From positions 186,001-250,000 of the forward strand of contig OZ251250.1 in the NCBI GenBank assembly GCA_965240325.2: DNA of 64,000 bases. The letters are read 5' to 3'. A program made the position numbers and the translations under genes. Every line of letters begins with the position of its first letter. Position 1 is the stretch's first letter. The notes under the pieces are model-generated. The model was not told the origin of the DNA. It saw only the letters and a list, made by a program, of their open reading frames with translations, and did not search any database. Source of the stretch: Rebecca billardiae RCC1528. Its lineage: Eukaryota > Protista > Haptophyta. This document shows positions 24,275-33,922 of this stretch, piece by piece.

Positions 24275-27200
24275 AAGCGGCGGCGGCGGCGGCGCGACGA
24301 GCATGGCGCGCCGGCCGCGCGTCGCGCTGTCGGTGGTCGCGACGTTCGCGTGCGACGAGGGCGGGGCGCACGCGGCGTGCGAGGCGGGGCGGCCGTGCGC
24401 GCTGCTCTACGCGCAGCTCACGCAGCCGCCGGCGCCGCTGCCCGACACCGCCTCCATCCCCATCGCCGACACCGGCCGCCATGCTGACGCCGCGGCCGGC
24501 ACAGAGCGCTTCGTCCATTCAGCATGGCCGCCGCCCGCCGCGCTGCGCCATGTGGTGCTCACGGCCTCGCACCCGGGGGAGCGCTTCGAGCTGCGCGGCG
24601 GCGGCAGCGCGGCGGCGGGGCCAAGGGCGCGCAGCGCGAGCGCGCACGACGAGCCCACCGCGCGCGAGCGCGCGAGCGCGGCCGCCGGCGCGGGCGCCGC
24701 GGCCGCGGCGCACGCTATGCCTACGCCGCTGCGTCCGCACGGCGCGTCCGCCGCGGATGCCTCGGCGGTCGGGCGCGCGGCGCCGCCGTCGCGGCACGCG
24801 CACGCGCCCGTCGCGCCCGAGCCCGAGGAGCCGCCCCCGCCGCGCCTCGCGCGGCCGTTCGGCGGCCTCGCCGCCGGCACGAAAGTGCTTGGCTGGGGCG
24901 CCCTCGCGAGCGAGCCGCGCGCGCGCGCGCGCGCGCGCGCGCACGGTGCGCCACGGTCGCCGCCGAGGCCCGGCGACGGCGTGGCGCCGGCGGGCGTGCC
25001 GTCGGCACCCGCCACGCCGACGCCGGGCTCGGCTGCGGCCGAGGCCCACAGTCGCCCGCCCTCGCCGCCGCCAACCGTCGTGTCCGCCATCGTCGTTGAT
25101 CAGAATCTGTGCGACGCCGCGGCGGCGGCGGCGGCGGCGGCGGCGGCCTCGGCGGCGGCGACGGCGGCGGCGGCGGCGGCGGCTGACGTGGGCTGCGCGG
25201 AGGCGGCGGCGACGACAGCGATGACGACGGCGGAGGCGGGCGCGGGGCGCGGCGCCACGCGGCGGCACCCAGCCGCGCGCACCGCGGCTGCGTCCGCGGA
25301 GACGGCGGCGGGTGCCAGCGCACCCGTGCGCGCCGCCGCATGTCCCGCCGCAGCCAGCGGCGCAGCCGGCGCGGCCGGCGGCGGCAGTGCGCAGCGGGCG
25401 GCGGCGGGTGGCGGCGGGGCGGGCGACGGCGCGGCGTGGGGCCCGCCGGGGCTGACGCGCGCGCGCTCGCACTCCGCCCCGCCACCACTCCGCGCCGCCG
25501 CCGCCGCCGCGGCATCAGCCACGCCCGAGCCGCCGGCCGCGGCCGGCCGAGATTGCAATCTCGCGGCCGCGGCCGCGGCCGGCGCGCCGGCGGCGGCCGG
25601 CGGCGGCGCGGCGGAGTGCGCCCGCGCCCTCGCCGTGCTTGGCGTGCTCTGCGCCGACGGCGTCCTGCGCACGCGCACGCTGGGCATCCGGGCGGAGCTG
25701 CTCCGGCCGCCGCCGCGCCCGCCGCCGCGGCAGCCGCAGCAGCCGCGCTCGCGCGCGCCGCCGCCGCCGCCCGCCGCGGCGCGCTCGCACAATCACGATG
25801 GCGGCGGCTCGTCAGGCGGCGACGCCCCTGCGGCTGAGCCGCCGCCGTGCGCCCTCGGCGCGTGGCAGGCGCACGACCTCGGCGCGGCCGAGCTGATTGG
25901 CTGGCACGTGAGTATCCCGAGCGTACCCGCGCTACCCGCATTACCCGCGCTACCCGCATCACCCGCGTTACCCGCCGCGGCCGCAGCGGACGGTGGCACC
26001 GGCGGCGCCGCCGCCGCCGCCGACGACGACGCTCGCGTGCTCGAGGTGGGTAATGCGGGTAAAGACGACGACGCGCGCGTGCTCGAGGTGGGCAATGCGG
26101 GTAATGCGGGTAATGACGACGACGCGCGCGTGCTCGAGGTGGGCAATGCGGGTAATGCGGGTAATGACGACGACGCGCGCGTGCTCGAGGTGTGGACTGT
26201 GCGCGCAGCAGCGCGGCGGCAGTCGGCCGACGGCAGCCGCAGCAGCTGCGCGGGCTGGCACGGCGCCGACGCCGACGCCGACGGCGGCGGCGACGGCGGC
26301 GGTGGCGGCGGCGAGGGCGGGGGCACCGTCCAGTGGCACAGCATCAGCCTGGGGCGCGCGCGCGGCCGCGTCGGCCGCGCGCGGCTGCGCCGCGCGCACA
26401 CTCAGCCGCGGCACGGCGCAGACAAGTGCGAGGTGGCGCTCGCTGTTGTGCCGCCCCTCGGCGCGCTGGTGAGCGCGCGCGGCGCGGACGGTGGCGCGGA
26501 CACCGACGCCGACGCCGGCGGCGGTGAGGAGCCTGCCGGAATGGACGAACCCGGCGCGATGGACGAAGCCGAAGAGGCCGCGGGCGGCGGCGGCGCCGCG
26601 GGCGCGCGGCCGCGCGGCGGCGGCGGCGGCGACGGCGGCGGTGGCGGCGCGCGCGGGCTGTGGCCGGCGCCGGTGGGCGGGCTCCCGCGCCTTGTGCGCA
26701 GCTCGACCGCCCACGCGGCGCTTCGCGCTCTGCTCGACGACGCGCTGGCCGCGTCGGGCGAGATTGCAATCTCGCCAGGTGGAGCCGACGCGCCGCCAGC
26801 GCGCGCCGCCGAGGCTACGGCGCACTTCGCCGAGGCGCTCGCGCGCGCGGCGCACGCGGTGCGCACCGACGGCGGCGTAGACGGCGGCGCCGGGGCGCAC
26901 GTGTTGATCGCGCTGATTTGCGAACTAGCCGAGGAGGCGGGCTCGGGCTCGGCGCTGCGGCTTGCGCTGCGGCTGGCGCGCGAGGCGACCGCGCGGGCGG
27001 CGCACGCGCCAGCGGAGCACGCGCGGCACGCCGGCGCGGCGCAGCCGCACGCCGCACAGCCGCACAGCCGCACGGCGGCGGCGGCATCGCCGCCGCGCGG
27101 CCTCGCCCCCGCCGCGCCGCACAGCCCCACGCCGCCGCCGTTGCCGCCGCCGCCGCCGCGCGGGCTCGCGCCTCTGACGTTTGAATCGTTGCTCGTACGC

Positions 27201-27485
27201 GCCGTGCGCGCGTGCCCGCCCGACGCGTGGGCGCGCGTGCTCGACGCGGCGGGCGTGGGCCCGGCGGAGTGCGCGCGCGCGTGCGTCACCGCCGGCGCGC
27301 TCGACGCCGCGGCGAACTACGTGCTCGTCGAGCGCGAGCTGCGCGGCGCGGACGCGGCGCGCGCGCTCGCCCGCAAGATCCTGGCCGTCGCGCGCGCGGA
27401 GGCGCGCGAGGCCGCGCGCGGCGCGGACGGGACGGGCGCGCTGGTGGCGGGGCTCGAGCGCTTCCTCGAGCACGCGCTGGGCTGA
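19905..27485 (+). CDS. RIC1: RIC1 homologue (Ric1-Rgp1 GEF subunit for Rab6/Ypt6), hugely expanded by low-complexity inserts
   Basis: N-terminal WD-like LVWRPDGRMLAL. Central W.PLSVPREF..NGPVRAAALSEGGTHLAVASDHGLATCALRAARWRL..LGWLG resembles RIC1 NWPIR..G..IAVAG..G..Y....KW. C-terminal FESLLVRAVRACPPDAWARVL..GPAECARACV..GALDAAANYVLV resembles the RIC1 domain. One open frame of ~2526 aa; in-frame introns cannot be excluded. Confidence 0.75.
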
Positions 27486-27964
27486 GGGCGCCGCGCGCGC
27501 GCGCCTGCCGCGGGGGGTCGCGTCGTCACTGAAATCGTCCATCGCAGATCGCTCATCGCTGGCTTGGCATTCCGAGCGCAGCGCAGGACTCGCGCGCTTG
27601 TAAGCCCTCGTGTAAAAATAGCCAGCTCTTCTTATGAGCACATACGCGCGGCCTCGCGAATGTTGAGATTACACCCCGCGCGGGGAGGAACACGACACCC
27701 ATGAAACGCCCTGGTCTGGTCCGGATCCCGCGGCTTCGGCGGGCGCTTCGGATTCCGGCTTTGCAGTTTCTGCAGTTATCGGCCCGCCTAAGAATAGACG
27801 CGTTGTGACCAGGGCCCTTGCCTTGTGAAACGTTGAACGCGGACTTGTCCCCCCTCGGAAGTTAGCGGGCCGGCCGTCCCGGAGCGAGTCGTTTTCGGAC
27901 TGGCGGAGCTGAGCAGTGCAACCGCGCGCCGCCGCGTTACGGCGCGCGGTCGGCCGGGGCGAGG

Positions 27965-30900
27965 ATGGGCGAGCCGCGCCGTCGCAGCCGGCCGGAGATA
28001 CGGATCGTGCTGCCCGCGGAGGACGACCGCGCCGAGGTCGTCCCCGGCGTGCGCACCGAGCCCTCCCTCTCCGCCGCCGCCTCGTCCGCGTCGTCGGCCG
28101 CCACAGAGTCATCGCGCGGGCCGGCGACGGATTCGAGCGCGCACGCGGGCGGCGCGGCGTCGACGGCGGGCGCGAGCGAGATGCTCTCGCCCGAGGTGCG
28201 CGCCGTCCTCTCGCGCCAGGGCCGCTTCACCGACTTCTCGCGCTCCACCGACACCGAGTCGCCGCCGCGCTCGCCCTCAGACGTGCAGTCTCGGCTCGAG
28301 GCGGCGAGGCGGCAGGGTCGCGTCGTGCGCCGCCGGATCCAGACGCCGTCCATCGTGGTGGGCGCGGTGCTCACGATGGCGGGGATTTTGCTGCTCTTCA
28401 CCCTCGCCGCAACCGACTACGCCCACGCGGGCGCGCTCCTCATCGTCCCCGGCGTGCTCATCATGCTTGCCGCTCTCATGCCGACGGACACGGCGGTGGT
28501 GCGACTGGTGGCGCTGCTGGTGTCGGTGTGCGCCGCCATCGTGGGCGCGTTCTACGTCGCGTCGGCGCTGGTGCGCGCGCGCGTCGGCGGTCGCGCGCGG
28601 AGCGGCGCGCGATCGGTGCCCTTGCGCGCGCACGCGTGCTGCTCCGCCGGAGGTGCGCTGACCCTAACCCTAACCCTAACCCTATGCCTGCGCATCGACG
28701 CCGCTGCCCACACCCTTGGCCGGCGGCTCTCGCAGTGGCTGCAGCCCGTCGAGCTCGCGACCGACGGCGCCGGCCGTCTGCGCTGCGCCCTGCTCGCGGG
28801 TAGCGCTGCGCAGCCGCAGCCGTCGTCGGCCGCGCGCGACGCGGAGGCAAATTCCTCTGACCGGGACGGCGGCGGCGGCGGCTCGACGGGTGCGGGGGAT
28901 CAGAGGGTGCGGTGCTGGGCGTTCATGGCGAGCGCGCTCTTCCTCGGGCTGCTCGGCGCGATCGCGTGGGCGCTCGCGCTGCGCACGCTCTCCGACGTCC
29001 TCCGCAGGCTGCCCACGCGCGCGCTGCTCGACCACATCTGGGCGGGCGTTGGTGCGCGCGCGCACGCTGCACTGTGGTGGTGGGCGCGCGTGTGGCCGGC
29101 GTCTGCTCGCGCCCTCTCTCGTCCACACGCCCCTCCTTCCCCTCCTTCCTTGCTCTTCCCTGTTTTGGATTTGTGTTGTTTCATTCCCTTCCCATTGTTG
29201 CCGCGGCGCCAGGCTTTGCATACCTCGCGTGCGCACTGCTCAACGTCGGCGCAGTCGTGGGCTACGCGGTGGCGGGCGTGCGGCCGCCGCCGTCGCAGCT
29301 GGGCACGATGGCGGCGCTCACCGCCTCGCTGTGCGTGTGCGGCGGGCTGGCGGCGACGCCCGGCTTCCGCCGCCGCGTCCACGCCTTCCTCTCCGCGCGC
29401 GGCGAGGCCGTCGCCACCGCCGCGGGCGTCTCCGCCCTCCTCGGCGACCGCACCCCGACCGAGGCCCTTGCCATCGCCGAGCGAAACCTGCGGTGCGTGC
29501 GCGCCGACCAACTCGACTATGAGACTCTGCTCGGCAACGCGCCCTCGCGCGCGCTGTACGAGATCTCGAGGCCGGCGAGGCTGGGCGAGATCGACTTCTT
29601 CCTCAGCCACTCGTATGCGCCGCGCGCGCGGAAATGCGGATGCACTCGGACGAATCACTACGTACTCCGAATGATTTACGACCGCGCGACGCCCGCCGCG
29701 CCGCGGCCGCGCGCCGCGCGCGCCCCTGCGCCGCCACGCGCAGCTGGTCGGACTGCCCCGAGGGCAAGTGGGCCGCGCTGCAGTCGTGGCGCGCCGACTT
29801 TGTGCGCGCGCACGGCCGCGAGCCCAGGCTGTTCCTTGACAAGCTCTGCATTCCGCCCGACGGTATGCTCATGCATGCGCGCAACTGCCGCAGCCGCGTG
29901 CATGTGCATGCGCAGCCGCAGCCGCAGCCGCAGCCGCGGCCGCAGCCGCGGTCGCAGCCGCCGTAGCAGCGGGCGCTGCTACGGCGGCTGCGGCTGCCAG
30001 CTGCGGCATGGCGGCCGCCGCGAGGGCGGCGGCGGCGGTGGCCACTGCGGCTTTGCGGGTGTGCCGCTGGCTGCGGCCGCACTGCCACAGTACAGCTGAC
30101 CGCTTGCTTCCCCTGCCTGCGCGGCCACGCCCTCGGCCCCCCGCCCCGCCGCCCCCCGCGCGTGCGCGCCGCGCGCGCGCGCAGACATCGAGACCAACCT
30201 GGTGTGCCTCCCCGTCTTCCTCGCCGCGTGCAACAAGCTCCTCGTGCTGCCCGGGGACACGTACCTCACCCGCTTGTGGGCGGTCGTTGGTGCGTGCAGT
30301 CCGGTGCGGTCCGGTGCAGTCCGTTGGTCCGGGCGCGAAAGGCGAGGGGCGCGCATGCGCGCGCGCGCGCGCGCCGCGGCGGCTCACGCCAGCCGCCACG
30401 CCGCGCCCCGCCGTGCACGTGCACGCAGAGCTGTACGTCTTCCTCGAGATGGGCGGCACGCTCGAGCAGATCGAGCTGCGCACCGTGCGCTGCCCCCGAC
30501 GAAACACGCGCCCGCCGCACGCCGACGCGACGGTCGCGCCCGAGGCGCGCAACGCTGCGCCAGCGCCAGTGCCGGTGGCTCGTGAGGGCTTGTCCGTCGA
30601 CGGCGGCGGCGGGACGGACGAGCCTGCGACGAGCCTCGGCCGCGCGTGCAGCGCCGCGCTCATCCCGAACAGCCCGTTCTCGCGCCTGCGCCGCGTGAAC
30701 GCCCAGCGCGGCTACACGTGCTCGTGCGAGCTGCCCCACCCGGCCAACCAGCAGCAGAACAATGGCGGCCAGCTGGATTTGGCGGAGGCATGCCGCCGGT
30801 TCGACGTGCGGCAGGCGAACACGACGGTCGCGGCGGACAAGGAGCGGCTGCTCACGATGATCGAGAACGGCTTCGGCACGCTCCGCGCCTTCAACGCCGT

Positions 30901-31468
30901 CGCGCGCAGCCTCCTCGCCGCCGCTCTGGAGCGTGAGGAGGCTGTTCGGTCGATGCCACCAACTGCGCCCACGTCGCGCGCGCGCACACCCGTGCGCGCG
31001 CCGCGGCTGGCGCCGATCGCGGCGGAGTCGCGCGCGTTCCTGCCGCCCCCGCCGATGCGCGCGCTGACCGACGACGCGAGCGGCGCGCTGGCCTCGAGCT
31101 TCGGCAGCATACGCCGGATCGCGCGCCAGACGCAGTCGGCGCCGCTGCCGCAGACGCTGCACCGGCAGCAGTCGGCGCCGGCCGTCGTCGACAACACGCG
31201 CAAGCGGCGCGCAGCGTCGGCCGCGACGGTCGGCGTGAGCTTCGACGAGAACGCGACGGAGGGCGTGCCCGCAGCACGCAGCGGCGCCGAGGACGACGCC
31301 GCGGCCGCCGTGCCTGCGAGCGGGTGCGCGCCGACGGGCGGCAGCAGCGCAGAACCTGCAGAACCGCCGCTGCCCAAGCAGCGGGCACAGCGCGAGCCGC
31401 CCGAGTGTCGACCGTGCGCGCCGCCGGCGTCCCTCGTGCTCGAGTCGGCCGACGCCTCGCCTCGGTGA
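27965..31468 (+). CDS. Multi-pass membrane protein with a cytosolic TIR-like domain; exons 27965-28570, 28736-29051, 29213-29612, 29744-29862, 30185-30289, 30429-31468
   Basis: The spliced product reads IDFFLSHS|WSDCPEGKWAAL..FVRAHGREPRLFLDKLCIPPD|DIETNLVCLPVFLAACNKLLVLPGDTYLTRLWAVV|ELYVFLEMGG. This follows the TIR pattern FLSH / (W/F)LD / Y..R.W...E and is preceded by about six hydrophobic helices. All five introns are GT-AG and phase-consistent. Confidence 0.8.
28661..28685 (-). repeat. Interstitial telomere-like repeat (CCCTAA) x~4, in intron 1 of the TIR-like gene
   Basis: ACCCTAACCCTAACCCTAACCCTAT. Confidence 0.9.
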
Positions 31469-31831
31469 GGGCAGTGCGGGTGCGCAGCAGCGCCTGCCAG
31501 GGGGCGCTGACTCGACGAATCACTCGCCGGCATCACGGCATTAATCACGGTCACGCGCCATCGGGCTGACAGGTGCCTGCCAGCGCGTGGTCATCGCGTC
31601 ATCATAGATGTCTGCTCAGCAGATCATCAAGATGCTGCTGATGAGACTGCTGCCGTTATACTCGTCGGAGAAGCAGCCGCCGTATAGGGGGCGCGCGTAC
31701 CGTTGGCGCGGCCTAGCAGGACCGCGGATCGTCACGCGTGACCGCGCGTGCTTGCCATGCTGAGGCAACGCGGTAGCACGGACTGGCGCAGCCGGACAGC
31801 TAGTGGCGGACACTAGTGGCACGGCCGGCCG

Positions 31832-32869
31832 CTACACACGACTCTGGCTACTGCCGACGCTCCTCCCGCCACCGGCGCCGCCGCCGCTGAGCCTGAGTCC
31901 GGGCAGCAGTGGCGAGTGCTCCCGGGCAAACACGGCGTGCAGGTCGGCAAAGTCTGAAAAGCCTACGCGCCCGCCGCGCGCGTAGCGCGGGAGCTCGTCG
32001 TCCAGGAACGCGCCACGCGCCGCGTCCGCCGCCCCGCCCGCCCCCGAGGCCGCCACCGGACCCCCGTCGAACACCGCCCGGACCGCCTCCAACGCGACCG
32101 CCCCGCCGTCATCCGGACCGAGCCGGTCGAACGCTGCGCGCAGCTCAGCGAGCCGGCGGTCCGAGTAGCGCAGGTTGCGCAGGGCGTCGCGCGCGGTGCC
32201 GTCGAGGAAGACGGCGGCCGGCGTGAAGAGCACCATCGCGCTGAGCGCCGTGCACTCCAGCGCCCAGAAGAGGTACGGCGGCACCTCGAGATCGCGCGAG
32301 ATTGCGAGGCCGAGCACGAGAACGACGATGGCGGCAAAGGCGGCGCCTCCGACAAGGAGGATCGCTGTCTCGACGGCGCCGCGCTTCGGGTCGAGGCGGA
32401 GCATCAGGGCGAAGTGCGCGAGCGCCGCGATCGAGAAGAGCGCCACCGCGACTGTGTGCGCGTCCTTGCTCCACGTCACCGTGAGCACGAGGAAAGCGCC
32501 GAAGCCGACGTGAAACGCGACGAGGCTTGCATAGAACGCGGCGCGTGCGCGCGCGCCGGCATGGGTGATGGTGCTGCGCGAGGCGACAGGGGACCACATC
32601 ATCACGATCGGCACGATGAACAGCGCGGCCATCGCGCCCGTGCCCGCGGGCGTCGAGATGAAGAACGAGACCTGGTGCTTGGTCCGGAGCTCCGCGGCTG
32701 TGCCCTCGCCGTACCCGCGGCGCAGCGGGATGACTTGGCGCTCCGAGAGGACGGGGAGCAGCCAGATGTACAACACGGGCGCAAGCGTGCCCACCACGAC
32801 CCACGCAGCGGCCCAGAGCGTGCCGCCAGGCGCCGTCATCGGGCGCGCCATCTGTCGGCCCAGCGCCAT
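31832..32869 (-). CDS. ~6-TM membrane protein (possibly Frag1/DRAM/DUF998-like) with a degenerate C-terminal EF-hand pair
   Basis: Six hydrophobic segments, with VSFFIS, AHTVAV.LF and FWALE motifs. The C-terminal ELRAAFDRLGPDDGGAVALEAV and GRVGFSDF are EF-hand-like. Intronless. Confidence 0.6.
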   Translation of the reverse strand: MALGRQMARPMTAPGGTLWAAAWVVVGTLAPVLYIWLLPVLSERQVIPLRRGYGEGTAAELRTKHQVSFFISTPAGTGAMAALFIVPIVMMWSPVASRSTITHAGARARAAFYASLVAFHVGFGAFLVLTVTWSKDAHTVAVALFSIAALAHFALMLRLDPKRGAVETAILLVGGAAFAAIVVLVLGLAISRDLEVPPYLFWALECTALSAMVLFTPAAVFLDGTARDALRNLRYSDRRLAELRAAFDRLGPDDGGAVALEAVRAVFDGGPVAASGAGGAADAARGAFLDDELPRYARGGRVGFSDFADLHAVFAREHSPLLPGLRLSGGGAGGGRSVGSSQSRV

Positions 32870-33018
32870 CGCGGGTGCGTTGGCCGTTGTGCCACCCTGT
32901 CCGTGTGGGGTCGTGCCCGCACGGGCGGGCGCGGCCTTTGACCTTTGTCACCTTTCACGGTTTCACCAATGATTCACCCAGCCTGAAGTTGAGCTCCGAC
33001 GACACTGGCTCTCTGGTG

Positions 33019-33747
33019 CTACGCGCCGCCGCCGGCGAGTACGCTCTCCGCGTATGCCGGGCGCTCGCACAGCCGGAGGTACCACTCGTGCGTGCGCGGC
33101 AGCGAGCGGCTTGCCGGCACGCCCGCGCTCTCGAGCGCGAACAGCCGTCGCGCGTGCACACCCGCCGTCAGGTCGGCCATGCTGAGCGAGTCGCCAAGGA
33201 CGAACGGCCCGGCGCGGCGGAGCTGCGCCTCGAGCGCGGCCCAGACCGTGAGTACGGCGGACACCTCGCGCCCGTTCACCACGCTCGGCGTGCCATCCGC
33301 GCCCGTCGAGAGCTGCAGCGCCGAGCCGCGCGGATACCCGGACTCTTGGACGAGTCCGGAATACACGGGGCTCAGCGTTGGCTGCACCGACGACTCGCCC
33401 CACTCGAGCCACTGCCAGGCCAGGGCGACGGCCTCGTGCGTGGGCGGGTACATGGTGGTTCCGGCGCTCCACCGGGCGCACACGTACGAGGCGATCGTGT
33501 TCGACTCGTTGAGCACGAGCTGCGCCGCGCCGTCCGCCGCCGAGTCGCCGCCGCCATGGCCGCCACCGCCGCCGAGCTCAAAGGTGGCGACTGGCACGGT
33601 GCCCTTTGGGTTGAGCTCGAGGAAGTGAGGGTCCGCACGGAGCTCGGCGGTCGGGCGCTCTACCCGGCTGAATGGCGCGCCTACCTCGCGCAGCGCCCAG
33701 AGCACCTTGGCGACGCGCGAGGTGCGCACACCGTACACGACCGCCAT
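33019..33747 (-). CDS. Glutathione S-transferase
   Basis: TSRVAKVLWALREVG, FLELNPKGTVPV, VLNESNTIASY, QWLEW, FVLGDSLSMADL and WYLRLCERPAY cover the GST N- and C-domains. Intronless. Confidence 0.92.
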   Translation of the reverse strand: MAVVYGVRTSRVAKVLWALREVGAPFSRVERPTAELRADPHFLELNPKGTVPVATFELGGGGGHGGGDSAADGAAQLVLNESNTIASYVCARWSAGTTMYPPTHEAVALAWQWLEWGESSVQPTLSPVYSGLVQESGYPRGSALQLSTGADGTPSVVNGREVSAVLTVWAALEAQLRRAGPFVLGDSLSMADLTAGVHARRLFALESAGVPASRSLPRTHEWYLRLCERPAYAESVLAGGGA

Positions 33748-33922
33748 CGCAGCGTGAGCGCGTGGCTGGGGCCGGACCTTCCGGCGCCCACGTTTGAAAA
33801 CGCGCGCAGTCTGTGGAAGCGAAGTCGACGACAGCCTCCATAAGTCCTAGCCCAATCGGGACGGCCGCCCGAATAATACTAGCGGCCGGCGCCAACCGCC
33901 GTCTCGCGAGTGCGCGGGCCCC
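33748..33922. promoter_or_regulatory. Probable bidirectional promoter between GST and queF (175 bp)
   Basis: Divergent ATGs at 33747 and 33923; CCAAT at ~33852; AT-richer patch GAATAATACT. Confidence 0.45.

Noticed and set aside
20162-27289. Many long Arg/Ala/Pro-rich overlapping ORFs around RIC1 and other genes
   Set aside because: Expected from stop-codon scarcity at very high GC; no domain motifs.
33748-33922. preQ1 riboswitch upstream of queF
   Set aside because: No recognisable preQ1-I stem-loop with an A-rich tail was seen; a covariance-model search would settle it.
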